From Mobula birostris (taxonomy: Eukaryota): a stretch of DNA of 64,000 bases. The DNA lies in assembly GCF_030028105.1 (NCBI RefSeq), contig NC_092378.1, forward strand, positions 35,892,715 to 35,956,714. The letters run 5' to 3'. The notes under the pieces were generated by a model. The model ran no database searches and was not told where the DNA came from. It saw only the letters and a program-made list of their open reading frames with translations. This document shows, in pieces, positions 60,986-64,000 of this stretch. A program made the position numbers and the translations under genes. Each line of letters opens with the position of its first letter. The stretch's first letter is position 1.

Positions 60986-63410
60986 CATAGAACATAGAAC
61001 AATGTTGTGCCGACCCTCAAACCCTGCCTCCCATATAAGCCCCCACCTTAAATTCCTCCATATACCTGTCTAGTAGTCTCTTAAACTTCACCAGTGTATC
61101 TGCCTCCACCACTGACTCAGGCAGTGCATTCCATGCACCAACCACTCTCTGAGTAAAAAACCTTTCTCTAATATTCCCCTTGAACTTCCCACCCCTTACC
61201 TTAAAACCATGTCCTCTTGTATTGAGCAATGGTGCCCTGGGAAAGAGGCGCTGGCTATCCACTCTATCTGTTCCTCTTATTATCTTGTACACCTCTATCA
61301 TGTCTCCTCTCATCCTCCTTCTCTCCAAAGAGTAAAGCCCTAGCTCCCTTAATCTCTGATCATAATGCATACTTTCTAAACCAGGCAGCATCCTGGTAAA
61401 TCTCCTCTGTACCCTTTCCAATGTTTCCACATCCTTCCTATAGTGAGGTGACCAGAACTGGACACAATACTCCAAGTGTGGCCTAACCAGAGTTTTATAG
61501 AGCTGCATCATTACATCGCGACTCTTAAACTCTATCCCTCGACTTATGAAAGCTAACACCCCATAAGCTTTCTTAACTACCCTATCTACAAGTGAGGCAA
61601 CTTTCAGGGATCTGTGGACATGCACCCCCAGATCCCTCTGCTCCTCCACACTACCAAGTATCCTGCCATTTACTTTGTACCCTGCCTTGGAGCTTGTCCT
61701 ACCAAACTGTACCACCTCACACTTCTCCGGGTTGAACTCCATCTGCCACTTCTCAGCCCACTTCTGCATCCTATCAATGTCTCTCTGCAATCTTCGACAA
61801 TCCTCTACACTATCTACAACACCACCAACCTTTGTGTCGTCTGCAAACTTGTCAACCCACCCTTCTACCCCCACATCCAGGTCGTTAATAAAAATCACGA
61901 AAAGTAGAGGTCCCAGAACAGATCCTTGTGGGACACCACTAGTCACAACCCTCCAATCTGAATGTACTCCCTCCACCACCACCCTCTGTCTTCTGCAGGC
62001 AAGCCAATTCTGTATCCACCTGGCCAAACTTCCCTGGATCCCATGCCTTCTAACTTTCTGAATAAGCCTACTGTGTGGAACCTTGTCAAATGCCTTACTA
62101 AAATCCATATAGATCACATCCACTACACTACCCTCATCTATACGCCTGGTCACCTCCTCAAAGAACTCTATCAGGCTTGTTAGACACAATCTGCCCTTCA
62201 CAAAGCCATACTGACTGTCCCTGATCAGACCATGATTCTCTAAATGCCTATAGATCCTATCTCTAAGAATCTTTTCCAACAGCTTTCCCACCACAGACGT
62301 AAGGCTCACTGGTCTATAATTACCTGGACCATCCCTATTACCTTTTTTGAACAAGGGGACAACATTTGCCTCCCTCCAATCCTCCAGTACCATTCTCGTG
62401 GACAACGAGGACATAAAGATCCTAGCCAGAGGCTCAGCAATCTCTTCTCTCGCCTCGTGGAGCAGCCTGGGGAATATTCCGTCAGGCCCTGGTGACTTAT
62501 CTGTCCTAATGTATTTTAACAACTCTAACACCTCCTCTCCCTTAATATCAACATGTTCCAGAACATCAAGCTCACTCATATCGTCCTCACCATCACCAAG
62601 TTCCCTCTCATTGGTGAATACCGAACAGTGTTCATTGAGGACCTCGCTCACTTCCACAGCCTCCAGGCACATTTTCCCACAGCCTCCAGGCACATCTTCC
62701 CACCTTTATCTCTAATCGGTCCTACCTTCACTCCTGTCATCCTTTTTTTCTTCACATAATTGAAGAATGCCTTGGGGTTTTCCTTTACCCTACTCGCCAA
62801 GGCCTTCTCATGCCCCCTTCTTGCTCTTCTCAGCCCCTTCTTAAGCTCCTTTCTTGCTTCCCTATATTCCTCAATAGACCCATCTGATCCTTGCTTCCTA
62901 AACCTCATGTATGCTGCCTCCTTCCACCTGACTAGATTTTCCACCTCACTTGTCACCCATGGTTCCTTCACCCTACCATTCTTTATCTTCCTCACCGGGA
63001 CAAATTTATCCCTAACATCCTGCAAGAGATCTCTAAACATCGACCACATGTCCATAGTACATTTCCCTGCAAAAACATCATCCCAATTCACACCCGCAAG
63101 TTCTAGCCTTATAGCCTCATAATTTGCCTTTCCCAATTAAAAATTTTCCTATCCTCTCCGATTCTATCCTTTTCCATGATAATGCTAAAGGCCAGAGAGC
63201 GGTGGTCACTGTCCCCCAGATGCTCACCCACTGAGAGATCTGTGACCTGACCCGGTTCATTACCTAGTACTAGATCTAGTAGGGCATTCCCCCTAGTCGG
63301 CCTGTCCACATACTGTGATAGGAATCCGTCCTGGACACACTTAACAAACTGTGCTCCATCTAAATCGTTGGAATTAATCAGGTGCGAATCAATATTAGGG
63401 AAGTTAAAGT
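60986..63410 (-). mobile_element. Young CR1 LINE, 5'-truncated within the endonuclease domain
   Basis: EN motifs GNFNFP, LDLVL and SDH, a long open RT frame, and tail CATAGAACATAGAAC on +. Confidence 0.95.
61017..62693 (-). CDS. CR1 ORF2 reverse transcriptase fragment (558-aa open frame, N-terminus cut off by a frameshift)
   Basis: Uninterrupted [44 protein letters not shown] and C-terminal motifs. Not a host gene. Confidence 0.9.
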   Translation of the reverse strand: MPGGCGKMCLEAVEVSEVLNEHCSVFTNERELGDGEDDMSELDVLEHVDIKGEEVLELLKYIRTDKSPGPDGIFPRLLHEAREEIAEPLARIFMSSLSTRMVLEDWREANVVPLFKKGNRDGPGNYRPVSLTSVVGKLLEKILRDRIYRHLENHGLIRDSQYGFVKGRLCLTSLIEFFEEVTRRIDEGSVVDVIYMDFSKAFDKVPHSRLIQKVRRHGIQGSLARWIQNWLACRRQRVVVEGVHSDWRVVTSGVPQGSVLGPLLFVIFINDLDVGVEGWVDKFADDTKVGGVVDSVEDCRRLQRDIDRMQKWAEKWQMEFNPEKCEVVQFGRTSSKAGYKVNGRILGSVEEQRDLGVHVHRSLKVASLVDRVVKKAYGVLAFISRGIEFKSRDVMMQLYKTLVRPHLEYCVQFWSPHYRKDVETLERVQRRFTRMLPGLESMHYDQRLRELGLYSLERRRMRGDMIEVYKIIRGTDRVDSQRLFPRAPLLNTRGHGFKVRGGKFKGNIRERFFTQRVVGAWNALPESVVEADTLVKFKRLLDRYMEEFKVGAYMGGRV

Positions 63411-63889
63411 TACCTAATAGGTCATGCCCCTCAGTAGTATCCAAAGGGGTATATTTGTTGCTGAGAGGAATATCCACAAGGGATCCCTGATTACTCCCCT
63501 TACTTCGCCTGGTCGTCACCCATCTATTATCTGAAGCCTGCACACTGGTTGTAACCTCCTCAGCAAATGTCACGCCTGAGGTTTTCAGCCTTCTGGATGG
63601 CCCTGTGTCCATCCAGCTCCAGCTCCAGTTCCTTGACCTTGTCAGTCAGGAGCTAAAGTTGGGTGCAGTATCTGCAGTTGTAGTCATCAGGGAAACTGTC
63701 AGGTATGCTGAAATCCCACATTTCAAAGGAGGAGCATTCCACTGCCTTTACTGCCATCCTGCCTACACTTGTTATACCTTTAATTCTAACTTCTCCATCT
63801 TAAATTATACAATCAACTAAGTGGTTCCAAACGACTCAGCACTGTAGCGCCTGCCTAAGCCTGCTGAGCCAAAGCCTGACCATCTAACA

Positions 63890-64000
63890 CACGAGAAGAG
63901 AGCATGGCCTGGATGGTGGGAGTCTCTGATGATGGATGCTGCTTTCTTGTGGCTGTGCTCCATGTAAATGTATCCAATGGTGGATAAAGCTTTGCCCGCG
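63890..64000 (-). mobile_element. Rex1-type fragment running off the window
   Basis: AGCATGGCCTGGATGGTGGGAGTCTCTGATGATGGATGCTGCTTTCTT is the reverse of KAASIIRDSHHPGHA. Confidence 0.7.

Larger units (their letters stand above)
60040..63790 (-). mobile_element. Older, internally deleted CR1 (5' region and endonuclease remnants) split by the younger CR1 at 60986-63410
   Basis: EN remnant ORF 60141-60434 and ORF1-like 'WVTTRRSKG...IPLSNKYTPLDT' (63420-63610). GTTAC occurs at both junctions. Confidence 0.7.

Noticed and set aside
63109-63612. 167-aa ORF as a single gene
   Set aside because: It reads across the junction between an older CR1 5' region and the endonuclease part of a younger CR1.

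Overview
Eukaryotic, repeat-dominated window that looks intronic or intergenic. The repeat repertoire (CR1/HER1-type LINEs, Rex1-type LINEs, V-SINEs, Penelope-derived fold-back elements, fish-type Gypsy) points to a cartilaginous fish, probably a ray; this is an inference. I found no intact host protein-coding gene, and almost every long ORF is a retroelement fragment or its antisense shadow. The main finding is a two-LTR Gypsy retrotransposon (~21778-24313, +) in which RT, RNase H and most of the integrase are replaced by an intronless, sense-oriented fragment of the host splicing factor RBM25 (RRM region, ~23123-23755), i.e. LTR-mediated capture of a spliced mRNA. Also notable are (i) a 2-kb L1 with 5' end, poly(A) and TSD that carries ORF1 but has lost almost all of ORF2 (HAL1-like), (ii) TSD-flanked fold-back elements carrying minimal type I hammerhead ribozyme motifs, (iii) a Gypsy RNase H piece embedded in a Rex1 LINE, and (iv) hAT and Tigger-like DNA transposon remnants. 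All calls come from reading the sequence by eye; boundaries of old repeats are approximate.
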